DNA of 64,000 nucleotides from Dehalococcoidia bacterium (GTDB lineage Bacteria; Chloroflexota; Dehalococcoidia; SHYD01): NCBI GenBank assembly GCA_009692945.1, contig SHYD01000002.1, positions 25,027 to 89,026 of the forward strand, read 5' to 3'. Shown piece by piece: positions 8,526 to 16,597 of this stretch (position 1 is its first letter; each line of letters starts with the position of its first letter). The notes under the pieces were generated by a model. It saw only the letters and a program-made list of their open reading frames with translations, ran no database searches and was not told where the DNA came from. The position numbers and the translations under genes were made by a program.

Positions 8526-8601
8526 GCGCTAGTAGCTCAGTGGATAGAGCGCAGCCCTGCGGAGGCTGAGGTCGTGGGTTCGAGCCCCGCCTAGCGCACC
8601 A
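8526..8601 (+). tRNA. tRNA-Arg(GCG), CCA encoded
   Basis: Manual 76-nt cloverleaf: GCGCTAG-TA-GCTC-AGTGGATA-GAGC-G-CAGCC-CTGCGGA-GGCTG-AGGTC-GTGGG-TTCGAGC-CCCGC-CTAGCGC-A-CCA. Confidence 0.85.
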
Positions 8602-8621
8602 TAATGCTCAATACGTCGTGC

Positions 8622-8655
8622 AGACGGACGGCCAATCACCGTCCGTCTTGTCGTA
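8622..8655 (+). terminator. terminator after the tRNA pair
   Basis: AGACGGACGG-CCAATCA-CCGTCCGTCT followed by TGTCGT. Confidence 0.6.
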
Positions 8656-8679
8656 GACAGGTGTGTATCTGGGGGCGTC

Positions 8680-9483
8680 ATGGCAGAAAACGTCGTCTTA
8701 GTCGAAAGAATCGGTGCCGTCACCGTAGTGACCCTGAACCGCCCGGAGAAACTCAACGCGATGGATCGTGACCTGACCCGCGAGCTTCACCAAGCTATCG
8801 CCGGGGTGGGAGAGAGTGACGCTCGCGTGCTGGTGATCACCGGCGCTGGGCGGGGGTTCTGTTCGGGCGCGGATGTGGGCGATATCCGGAACCGCACCGA
8901 GGGGAAGGGTGAGGGCCCAACGATGAGCCTCGATTGGTGGCTCAAGGGCCGCTCGATCGTCGATTTTGCGCCCCGGCTTCAAGAGTTGCCGCAGCCCGTC
9001 ATCGCCGCCGTCAACGGCGTGGCCGCCGGAGCCGGCCTGACCCTGGCGTTGGCGGCCGACATCCGTATCGCCTCCGACCAGGCACGGTTCTCCTCGCTGT
9101 TCATCCGGCGGTCGTTGACGCCCGACGCCGGTGTTTCCTATCTCCTGCCCCGGCTGGTGGGGCCGGGGCTCGCGGCGGAGATGGCGCTGACCGGTGCGAT
9201 GTATGACGCGTCATGGTGTGCGTCCGTCGGGTTGGTGAACCGGGTGGTGCCCCATGACCGGCTGCTGCCGGAGGCCCTGGCACTGGCGGACACCATTGCG
9301 GCCAACCCCCCCATCGCAGCGAGGGTTACCAAGCAGGTGCTGCAACGGGGCCTGCATTCCACGCTTCAACAGGCCATCGACAACGAGAGCTACTACAACA
9401 CCTGGCTCGTCAAAACGGATGACAGCAGGGAGGCCGTTGCCGCCTTCTTCGAAAAACGGTCTCCCGTGTTCAAGGGGCGTTAG
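8680..9483 (+). CDS. enoyl-CoA hydratase/isomerase (crotonase) family protein
   Basis: 'VTLNRPEKLNAM', 'GAGRGFCSGADV' and 'AAVNGVAAGAGLTLALAADIRIA' are crotonase signatures. Confidence 0.85.
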   Translation: MAENVVLVERIGAVTVVTLNRPEKLNAMDRDLTRELHQAIAGVGESDARVLVITGAGRGFCSGADVGDIRNRTEGKGEGPTMSLDWWLKGRSIVDFAPRLQELPQPVIAAVNGVAAGAGLTLALAADIRIASDQARFSSLFIRRSLTPDAGVSYLLPRLVGPGLAAEMALTGAMYDASWCASVGLVNRVVPHDRLLPEALALADTIAANPPIAARVTKQVLQRGLHSTLQQAIDNESYYNTWLVKTDDSREAVAAFFEKRSPVFKGR

Positions 9484-9769
9484 CCTCACGGCCTCAGGGT
9501 ACTCAGCGACGCCAGCCGCGCGCCCGGCGCGGGCGCGACCGGCTGGGCTCGCCGGTTGCCCGTCTGGGCTTGGAAAAATTCTTGACTCGCGGACTAATCT
9601 TTTTAGCTCTGGGTTCGTTTAATTCACCGTAGGTGTGATCAAGCGCACAGACAAAACGTGCTGCGGCTCGTAGATTTGAGTGTGATCGTTGTTGGCATTA
9701 TCTATCAGTCATCGGTCGGGGCCAGCCGGACATATTACCGGGGGAAGCTTCGTACCGCTGGAGGTCACC

Positions 9770-10426
9770 ATGGGCAAGTCCGGTGTTTTCGACCGGGTAC
9801 GCGTTCAGGCGATGCGTTGTGAGTTCCTCACAGAAAACGCCCGCGCCGTCGGGTTGCTCCGATGTTCGCACCGGCGGTTCTCCGATTCCATGAATGCGCT
9901 CGAACAGGATTTCGTCACGATCTGGGACACCGGCGTGACGGCGTTCGAGGACGAAGGGGAACGTCACGCCGAGATGGCGGAGATGTTGCTCCGCAAGTCA
10001 TCCATCGTCATGGCTGCACCGCTTGACCTCAGCGCGGGCAAGGAGTTGGGCCGGGAGCAACAGGCGCTCCTGGTAGCCAAGGATCAGGTACACGCCGGGA
10101 TGGACGCCGGCCCCTACTCGATAGAGGGAACTCTGCATCTTGGGCCGGGTGTCGACCTGCTTCAGCACATCTACGACCCTGGACGCTTGTTCATGGCGGT
10201 CACGGATGCCAAGGTCCACTCCCGAAAGTCACTCGAAGTGAGGTTTTCCGTTCCGTTCCTGCTGATGAACCGGCGATCTATCGAAATGGCGTACGAGATT
10301 TCGGCGGTGGGGCAGAAGGCGATCGAGGGCGACGCCGCCCCGTCGCGGCATGCGAGCCACGCACCTATCTCATCCGGTGAAGCCGCGGCAGTGCTTGCAA
10401 CGGAGCGGGCTGTTCAAAGAGGCTGA
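9770..10426 (+). CDS. hypothetical protein with an internally duplicated domain
   Basis: GGAGG RBS 6 nt before ATG 9770. Two similar halves ('RRFSDSMNALEQDFVTIWDTGV' and 'GVDLLQHIYDPGRLFMAVTDAKV'). I do not recognise a family. Confidence 0.45.
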   Translation: MGKSGVFDRVRVQAMRCEFLTENARAVGLLRCSHRRFSDSMNALEQDFVTIWDTGVTAFEDEGERHAEMAEMLLRKSSIVMAAPLDLSAGKELGREQQALLVAKDQVHAGMDAGPYSIEGTLHLGPGVDLLQHIYDPGRLFMAVTDAKVHSRKSLEVRFSVPFLLMNRRSIEMAYEISAVGQKAIEGDAAPSRHASHAPISSGEAAAVLATERAVQRG

Positions 10427-10843
10427 TATTGTGCGGCTCCAGACCCTCTGTGCGGGACTCTGCTCCAAGGGCAGCATTTCGCGTATCAAAACGGTGCCTC
10501 CTCTGAGGTGTTTCACCAGGGCGACTGGGGCGACAGCATCTATTTGGTCGAAGAGGGGTCGGTGGTCTCGACGGTTCTAGACCGTGACTGTGAGCGGTCC
10601 AATGGCCAAGTAGACCAAGGCGGCGTCGTCGGCGAAATGGCGGCGCTCGGCCGGGGCGTCCGGCCGGTGACCGTCCGCACCACCAGATGCTCCACCCGGC
10701 TCGCCGTCGAAGCCGATGCCGTGAAATCGCTCCTCGAGGCGTTCCCGGCTGCGGCGAGCAGGCTGCTGCAACTCATCATCGAGCGAAACGGCGGTATCGA
10801 CAACCGGCACCTGTCGATCCGGGGGGCGTCCCTGCTGCTGTAG
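10350..10843 (+). pseudogene. cyclic-nucleotide-binding domain protein, frame-disrupted near 10468-10472
   Basis: Frame of ATG 10350 gives 'SGLFKEADIVRLQTLCAGLCSKG'. The domain then continues in the frame of ORF 10508..10843 ('QHFAYQNGASSEVFHQGDWGDSIYLVEEGSVV...GEMAAL...'). Adding one G to the run in CCAAGGGCAG restores a 165-codon ORF. Confidence 0.5.
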
Positions 10844-10959
10844 CCTCAAACCAAAACCGGGAGCGCTCCAGGCTGCTCTTTTTGCTGGGAGAACGTCTTC
10901 TCTTGAGGCGTTCCATCTGTCCGGCCGCCTGTCCGCCGGTATCTATTCAGACGCCCATG

Positions 10960-11156
10960 ACCATGGGGACACCACCGAGCCATGAAAAGGCGTGGACGGC
11001 GACCTCCCCCTAAGATCACTCATGGCGGACGGGGCGCGCCCCTTGACCCCCTCCCCGCCGTAGGAGAAATAAAGAGATGGATGGTGAGGGTACACCCCTC
11101 ACACTCCCCGCCAACGGGAGACCCGCTGGACACCCCTGGAGGAGCTGCTGTTCCTA
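10960..11156 (+). repeat. GC-hairpin repeat, type 3 module
   Basis: GACACCACCGAGCCATGAAAAGG...GTGAGGG-TACAC-CCCTCAC...CCAACGGG-AGA-CCCGCTGG-ACACCCCT. Homologous to 30618..30785 and partly to 4716..4770. Confidence 0.75.
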
Positions 11157-11178
11157 GTGAGCCACGACCTTATCACAG

Positions 11179-11322
11179 CAGTGTCAGGGGTTCGGGGAAT
11201 ATGAGCCATTCCCCCCACCCCAGGGAAAAAGAGGAGAATTCTCTGTGGGGGGCACTCCCACTCCCCCGACCGAGGGCTGCCGCCCTTCTGAGCCCGGCCG
11301 CCCCTCAACAGTGAACTCTTAC
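11179..11322 (+). repeat. MITE-like repeat, type 1, full length
   Basis: CAGTGTCAGGGGTTCGGGGAATATGAGCC...GAGGGCTGCCGCCCTTC...CCCCTCAACAGTGAACTCTTAC. Confidence 0.85.
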
Positions 11323-11389
11323 GTCCGCCGCCCCGCGTTGCGGCGCCCCGGCTGCGCCCCTATACTGGGCGGGCTAGGAGCGTCTTCTC

Positions 11390-12778
11390 GTGCACCTCAT
11401 GCCGGCCGCTGTCCCGCGTCGGAGCCTCGACCGCCACGCCTACCTGTTCGCCCCGGCTCCCCACACCGTGCGGGATGCCATCTACGGCAGTGTGCCGCTG
11501 TCCCATGCCGCGTTCGCCACGCTGGACACCGCGGCGTTCCAACGGCTGAGGCACATCAAGCAGGTGGGGCCGGTCTTCCTGGTCTACCCGGGAGCGACCC
11601 ACACCCGCTTCGGCCATAGCATCGGGGTGTACCACCTGACCCGGCTCGCCCTGCAACACCTGACCGGCCTGGCCGATATCGAACCCGAAATCGGCCGGGC
11701 GACGCTGGCGGCGGCGCTGCTCCATGACATCGGCCACTTCCCCTACTCCCACGTCATGGATGAAATTGTGGTGAACGGCAGCCGTTTGTCCCATCTGGAG
11801 CTGACCGTTGAACTCATCGAGACCGACGTCGAATTGCGACAGGTGTTGGCAGGGGCCTGGGAGGTGGCGCCCCAGTTGGTGGTTGACCTCCTGACCGGCC
11901 GCCCCAACCCGCTCATCCCCAGGTTCCTGTACACGCTGATCGATGGGCCGATGGACATGGATAAGCTCGACTACCTCAATCGGGACGCCCATCACACCGG
12001 GGTGCCCTACGGCAGGGTGGAGGTCCAGCGGCTCATCGATTTCCTTACCGTCGATCCCGGAACGAACGACCTGGTGATCACCGAAGCAGGGGTGGGCACC
12101 GTCGAATCGGTCATCTTTGCCAAGTACCTGATGTTCCGCTACGTTTACTGGCACCACACCGCCCGGATTGCCGGGGCGATGATCAACCGCGCTGTGCTGG
12201 ATTGCCTGCTCGCCCTTGGGCGTGTCGAGCACCTCTCGGTCAAGGACCCGGTCCTGCGGCGGGTGTGCGCCGCCACCGACGCCACCTTGGAACCGACGCT
12301 CCGGGACTTGCTTGGTGAGGCGGGGCTGGCGCCTCCCCGGGCGCTGGAGCTGCTATCGAGGGTGGAACGGCGCAGCCTCTTCAAGCGGGCGCAAACAGTA
12401 GCGTGCGCCGTGACGCCTTTGCTCGATGAACGGTTTCGGGAGGCGTTGCCCCGGCGGCAGCGGGAGGCTGAGTTGGCTGCCTTGGTGAGAGATGAGTTGC
12501 CCGTAGGCAGTCCCCCGTTTTTCGATAGCGATGTTCTGATCGACCTGCCCCCGGGCGCCAAGTTCGCGGCGGACATCCGGGGGATAGCGTTGGAGAGCCC
12601 GGACCGGCCGCTCCGGGTGGTGTCGTGGGAGGACTCGCCCAGCGCGTCCTACCTCACGACCGCCACCGTGGCAGCGATGGAGCAGAGTCTGCGCTCGGCG
12701 CTGGTGGTCTGTGATACCCATCGTGCGGACGGAGACCTGATTAGGGCGGCGCTCAGCCGTATTCAACTGGTTGAATGA
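11390..12778 (+). CDS. HD-domain phosphohydrolase (dNTP triphosphohydrolase-like)
   Basis: 'RFGHSIGVYHL', 'LLHDIGHFPYSH' and 'DMDKLDYLNRDAHHTGVPYG'. Confidence 0.8.
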   Translation: MHLMPAAVPRRSLDRHAYLFAPAPHTVRDAIYGSVPLSHAAFATLDTAAFQRLRHIKQVGPVFLVYPGATHTRFGHSIGVYHLTRLALQHLTGLADIEPEIGRATLAAALLHDIGHFPYSHVMDEIVVNGSRLSHLELTVELIETDVELRQVLAGAWEVAPQLVVDLLTGRPNPLIPRFLYTLIDGPMDMDKLDYLNRDAHHTGVPYGRVEVQRLIDFLTVDPGTNDLVITEAGVGTVESVIFAKYLMFRYVYWHHTARIAGAMINRAVLDCLLALGRVEHLSVKDPVLRRVCAATDATLEPTLRDLLGEAGLAPPRALELLSRVERRSLFKRAQTVACAVTPLLDERFREALPRRQREAELAALVRDELPVGSPPFFDSDVLIDLPPGAKFAADIRGIALESPDRPLRVVSWEDSPSASYLTTATVAAMEQSLRSALVVCDTHRADGDLIRAALSRIQLVE

Positions 12779-12796
12779 AGGACAGAGGAGACGTCA

Positions 12797-13312
12797 ATGA
12801 TTTCGTTAAAAGACCGCCGGGAGTTAGTTGAAAAGCTGGCCGAGGCCCGCAGCGCCCTGGTGAATGGGGCCGCTGCACTGCCGCCGGTACGCTTGACCGA
12901 AGCATGGAAGGAAGGGGACCGTTCACCGCTGGCGATGCTGCTCCATATCATCACCACCGAACGGATGTATCGCGACCAATGGGGAAAGCGGGCTCGGGAC
13001 GAAGAGACGCCGGACCTGGCGCAAAACAGCGCGGTGACCCAGGTCATCGACCCCTCCTTTGCCGAGGCCAACCGCATGACCGTCGAAGCGCTGCTGCGCG
13101 ACCTCCGCGACGAGCGGGAGAAGACGCTGGCATTCATCGCCGAGACCTCGGACAGCGAATTCGAGCGGGTCGGGCGCAACAGCCTGTTCGGCGACCTGAC
13201 CCTCATCCAGTACCTGAAATCGCTCTACCGGCACGACCTGATGCACGTCGATGAGATGGCGGGCCAGGAGGTCCGCTATAAAGTGACCACCAAGGACGGA
13301 CGTCGTTTGTAG
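12797..13312 (+). CDS. DinB-family (DinB_2-like) protein
   Basis: 171 aa. Helical-bundle pattern with 'LLHIITTERMY' and 'YRHDLMHVDEM'. GGAG RBS. Confidence 0.55.
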   Translation: MISLKDRRELVEKLAEARSALVNGAAALPPVRLTEAWKEGDRSPLAMLLHIITTERMYRDQWGKRARDEETPDLAQNSAVTQVIDPSFAEANRMTVEALLRDLRDEREKTLAFIAETSDSEFERVGRNSLFGDLTLIQYLKSLYRHDLMHVDEMAGQEVRYKVTTKDGRRL

Positions 13313-13471
13313 GATTCTCTTCGATGTGCCATCCGTTGCCCAACATCCTGACGCCATCCCCTCAGGGCGGTTGTTGCTTCTGCCGGGAACAGGGTGGCCA
13401 CGAGGGACCGCCCCTACCACGGTAGATGAAACTGCCGCACGAAGCGGTTTGGCTTTCTTATCGCCGCTTGG

Positions 13472-13500
13472 TTGACACCTTCGTGCGTGTGGAGCACAAT
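13472..13500 (+). promoter_or_regulatory. candidate promoter of the thiolase/DUF35 pair
   Basis: Perfect TTGACA, 17-nt spacer, CACAAT, 60 nt upstream of ATG 13561. Confidence 0.35.
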
Positions 13501-13560
13501 TCGCTTCGGGTATGGCGTGAAGGGGCGGCCTTCCGCTCAACTCGATCCTAAGGAGGATGC

Positions 13561-14787
13561 ATGGGAGCACTGACGGACAAGTATTGCATCGTGGGCGTGG
13601 GTGAAACCATCCACTCCCGGAATTCGGGAAAAACACAGCTCGGGATGGCGGTCGAGGCTGTCAACAACGCGTTGAAGGACGCGGGTATGCGGGCGGACGA
13701 GGTCGACGGGATGACCTCGTACAACGTCATGGGGGACTCCACCACGACCCCCCACATCGCCACCGCGCTGGGCATGCGGCTGAACTACGCAGTGGACGTC
13801 CACGGCGGCGGCTCTTCGGGCGAGATGCTGGTGGCCAACGCCATCGGCCTCATCGAAGCCGGATACGCCAAGACCATCGTGGTGTGGCGCTCGATGAACG
13901 GCCGCACGTTCCGCCGCATCGGCGGTCAGGCAGTCGGCGGCGCGGCGCGGGTGGCCGAGGCGGCGGGTGGGGATATTCAGTTCCAGGCTCAGTGGGGCTG
14001 GAGCACCCCGGCACAGCGCTTTGGCATGACATGCATGCGCCACATGCGGGACTATGGAACGACGTCGCGCCAGCTCGGGGCCATCGCAGTGGCGCACCGC
14101 TATCATGCGACGCTGAACCCCAAGGCCATCATGAAGACGCCCATCACCATTGAGGACCACCAGAACTCACGATGGGTGTCGAAACCATTCCATCTGCTGG
14201 ACTGCTGCCAGGAGACTGACGTTGCGGTCGCGCTGATCATCACCTCCCGCGAGCGGGCCTACGACCTCGACCAACCCCCGGTGTACATCATGGGCGGCAC
14301 CGCTCGCACCATGACGGACCTGCCGGCCTGGAACTACAGCCGGGAGCGCATCCACAAGGTTGGCGGCTTCTACGGACGTAACCGCCTGTTCGGGATGGCC
14401 GGCATCCAGCACAAGGACGCCGACTTCATCTCCTGCTACGACGCCTTCACTTTCACCACCATGATCCAGCTTGAAGCCTACGGCTGGTGCGAAGTCGGCG
14501 AGGGTGGCCCCTTCGTGGAGACGGGACGGCTCCAGATCGACCACGAATTGCCCTGCAACCTCTCGGGCGGCCACCTCTCCGAGGGCTACTCCCACGGCAT
14601 TCAGATGGTGGTCGAGAACGTCCGCCAACTCCGCTGGCGTGCCGACGACTACTGCCCCGGCGCGGCAGAGGGCCATCACACCTACGACCGGTCGAAGGGC
14701 TGCCGGCAGCTTCGCAACCCCTACGTTTGTGTCGGTATGGGATGGGGTTCCGAAACTACTTCCAGCTCGTTGATTCTGCGGAGGTGA
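13561..14787 (+). CDS. thiolase-like protein (SCP-x / lipid-transfer type)
   Basis: 408 aa. 'IVGVGETIHSR', the thiolase fold, and C-terminal 'NLSGGHLSEGYSHG'. AAGGAGG RBS. Confidence 0.8.
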   Translation: MGALTDKYCIVGVGETIHSRNSGKTQLGMAVEAVNNALKDAGMRADEVDGMTSYNVMGDSTTTPHIATALGMRLNYAVDVHGGGSSGEMLVANAIGLIEAGYAKTIVVWRSMNGRTFRRIGGQAVGGAARVAEAAGGDIQFQAQWGWSTPAQRFGMTCMRHMRDYGTTSRQLGAIAVAHRYHATLNPKAIMKTPITIEDHQNSRWVSKPFHLLDCCQETDVAVALIITSRERAYDLDQPPVYIMGGTARTMTDLPAWNYSRERIHKVGGFYGRNRLFGMAGIQHKDADFISCYDAFTFTTMIQLEAYGWCEVGEGGPFVETGRLQIDHELPCNLSGGHLSEGYSHGIQMVVENVRQLRWRADDYCPGAAEGHHTYDRSKGCRQLRNPYVCVGMGWGSETTSSSLILRR

Positions 14788-14790
14788 TGC

Positions 14791-15261
14791 ATGGCAGGCC
14801 CAATTCACTGGGATAGAGTCAAGTTTATTCCGGACTACGATAGCAAGGGTTGGTGGGAAGCCACTAAACGCCGCGAATACGTGGTGAACCAGTGCAATAA
14901 GTGCGGCAACAAGTGGTTCCCGCCGCTCCCGGCCTGCAACCGCTGCCAGTCCACCGATGTGGGCTGGTTCAAAACTCAGGGCAAGGGGTTCATCTACAGC
15001 TACGTGGTGGTGGTGCAGCCCATCTTCGCTCATTTTGTCGATGCGGTGCCCTACGTGGTGGCCGTTATCGAACTGCCCGATGCCAACAACCCCGGCCACT
15101 ACGCCACCCGTATCGCGGCTGTGCTGCGGGACGACGAGGACAAGGTGGCCATCGGGCTGCCGGTGGAGGTGGACTGGGAGGAGACACCGGACCCGGAGAT
15201 CGTGATTCCGTTCTGGAAGGTCTCGGGAACGGCAGATAACACCTGGAAGTTCCCCGGCTAG
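14791..15261 (+). CDS. DUF35 OB-fold/zinc-ribbon acyl-CoA-associated protein
   Basis: Zn ribbon 'CNKCGNKWFPPLPACNRCQS' followed by an OB-fold. This is the usual partner of SCP-x-type thiolases. Confidence 0.8.
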   Translation: MAGPIHWDRVKFIPDYDSKGWWEATKRREYVVNQCNKCGNKWFPPLPACNRCQSTDVGWFKTQGKGFIYSYVVVVQPIFAHFVDAVPYVVAVIELPDANNPGHYATRIAAVLRDDEDKVAIGLPVEVDWEETPDPEIVIPFWKVSGTADNTWKFPG

Positions 15262-15282
15262 CCGATCACAGGACCCAATGGC

Positions 15283-15322
15283 ACGCCCCCAGCGTCGCGA
15301 GACGTTGGGGGCGTTTCGTGTT
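15283..15322 (+). terminator. rho-independent terminator
   Basis: 14-bp stem ACGCCCCCAGCGTC-GCGA-GACGTTGGGGGCGT followed by TTCGTGTT. Confidence 0.7.
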
Positions 15323-15414
15323 CTGCTGCGAAGGCGGTTCGGTTTCCGATGTAACATTAACTTAACAAGGTTTGTATTCCTACAAACCGGATCGACCCGA
15401 TAGGAGGCGCCCCG

Positions 15415-16377
15415 ATGCTACAGAAACCTGGACCCAGCCGTTTGGTGGGGGGAGTGATCGCAGCCCTGCTGTTGTTCTCGGGCGGGTGCGCGGCGTCGCG
15501 CAGTTTCGATGGCGGTGGATGGTCGGGTGGAGTGCTGGGCCTTCCGGCCGTCGCTCCACCTGCACCGGGCGCACCCGCCGACGCGGCGGCGCCGAAAGGG
15601 GGCGTGGCTGAAAGCCGGAATGCCGCCCCGGCAGCCGCCCCGGCGCCAGGCGGGGCGGCGGTTTCGAACGCACCGCAGGCCGAAGACCGCATGATCGTCT
15701 ACAACGCCAACCTCTCGCTGGCGGTGCAGAACGTGTCGGACTCCGTTCAGGCGGTGCGCGGTCTCACCGACGGCGTGGGAGGCATGGTGGCGGGCAGCGC
15801 CACCCGCCAGGAGAAAGATAAAGAGGTGGCGACCCTCACCCTCCGGGTGCCGTCAAGCGCCTACAACCAGGTGATGGCCGGCCTGCGCAAGCTATCGGTC
15901 AAGGTCTTGAATGAGAACGGCACCTCCCGCGACGTCACCGAGGAGTTCGCCGACGTCGACGCCCAGATGCGCAACTTGCAGGTCACTGAGGCCCAGTTCC
16001 AGGAGTTGATGAAACGCGCCGTCACCATCGATGACATCCTGAAGGTGCAGACCCAGTTGACTCAGACGCGGAGTCAGATCGAGCGTCTGAAGGGTAGGAT
16101 GAACGTCTTGCAGCGCACCTCAGACATGGCCACCATCGTGGTGACCATCATCACGGTGGAACCGGGGCTGTTGAAAGATCCGGTGAAGGGCTGGGACCCG
16201 GCGCGGAGCGTTCAGGAGGCGTGGGAGCAGTCGCTGGTCCTGGTCTCGGCGGTGGCGGACGGCGTGCTGCGGGCGGTGGTGTTCTCGTGGTGGCTGGTGC
16301 CGGTCGGACTGCTGGTGGCTGCGCTGGTTGCGCTGCTGCGGCGGCAGCGCCCTGTCGGGGCGGCCGGGAAGCCGTAG
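15415..16377 (+). CDS. DUF4349-like lipoprotein
   Basis: Lipobox 'LLLFSGGC'. Low-complexity Ala/Pro linker, then 'MIVYNANLSLAVQNVSDSVQAV' and C-terminal TM helices. Confidence 0.6.
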   Translation: MLQKPGPSRLVGGVIAALLLFSGGCAASRSFDGGGWSGGVLGLPAVAPPAPGAPADAAAPKGGVAESRNAAPAAAPAPGGAAVSNAPQAEDRMIVYNANLSLAVQNVSDSVQAVRGLTDGVGGMVAGSATRQEKDKEVATLTLRVPSSAYNQVMAGLRKLSVKVLNENGTSRDVTEEFADVDAQMRNLQVTEAQFQELMKRAVTIDDILKVQTQLTQTRSQIERLKGRMNVLQRTSDMATIVVTIITVEPGLLKDPVKGWDPARSVQEAWEQSLVLVSAVADGVLRAVVFSWWLVPVGLLVAALVALLRRQRPVGAAGKP

Positions 16378-16386
16378 CGGGAGGCT

Positions 16387-16550
16387 TCGGGGCTGCGTCC
16401 CGGCCGGCTACCCCACCCCCCAAGGGAAAGAGAAGTGTTTGTTCCTGGGGGAACGCCCCCAGGCCCCCGGCCCTTCGACGAGCTCAGGACGAGCGAGATG
16501 GCTTCGCCCCCTGCACCCCCGTGTCCGGCCCCGAACACTGAGCAGTTGCC
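16387..16550 (+). repeat. MITE-like repeat, type 2, with 26-nt internal insertion
   Basis: GGCTGCGTCCCGGCCGGCTACCCCACCCCCCAAGGGAAAGAGAAG...CCTGGGGGAACGCCCCCAGG...ATGGCTTCGCCCCCTGCACCCCCGTGTCCGGCCCCGAACACTGAGCAGTTGC. Confidence 0.8.
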
Positions 16551-16597
16551 TCGTAGCCGCCCTGTTTCGGGCAGGCCGCCCGTCTCTCGGGCCGATC

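Noticed and set aside
10982-11314. 110-aa ORF starting at the ATGAAAAGG inside the type 3 repeat
   Set aside because: The homologous repeat at 30618..30785 opens a different ORF that terminates early. The peptide is not conserved between copies, so this is repeat read-through.
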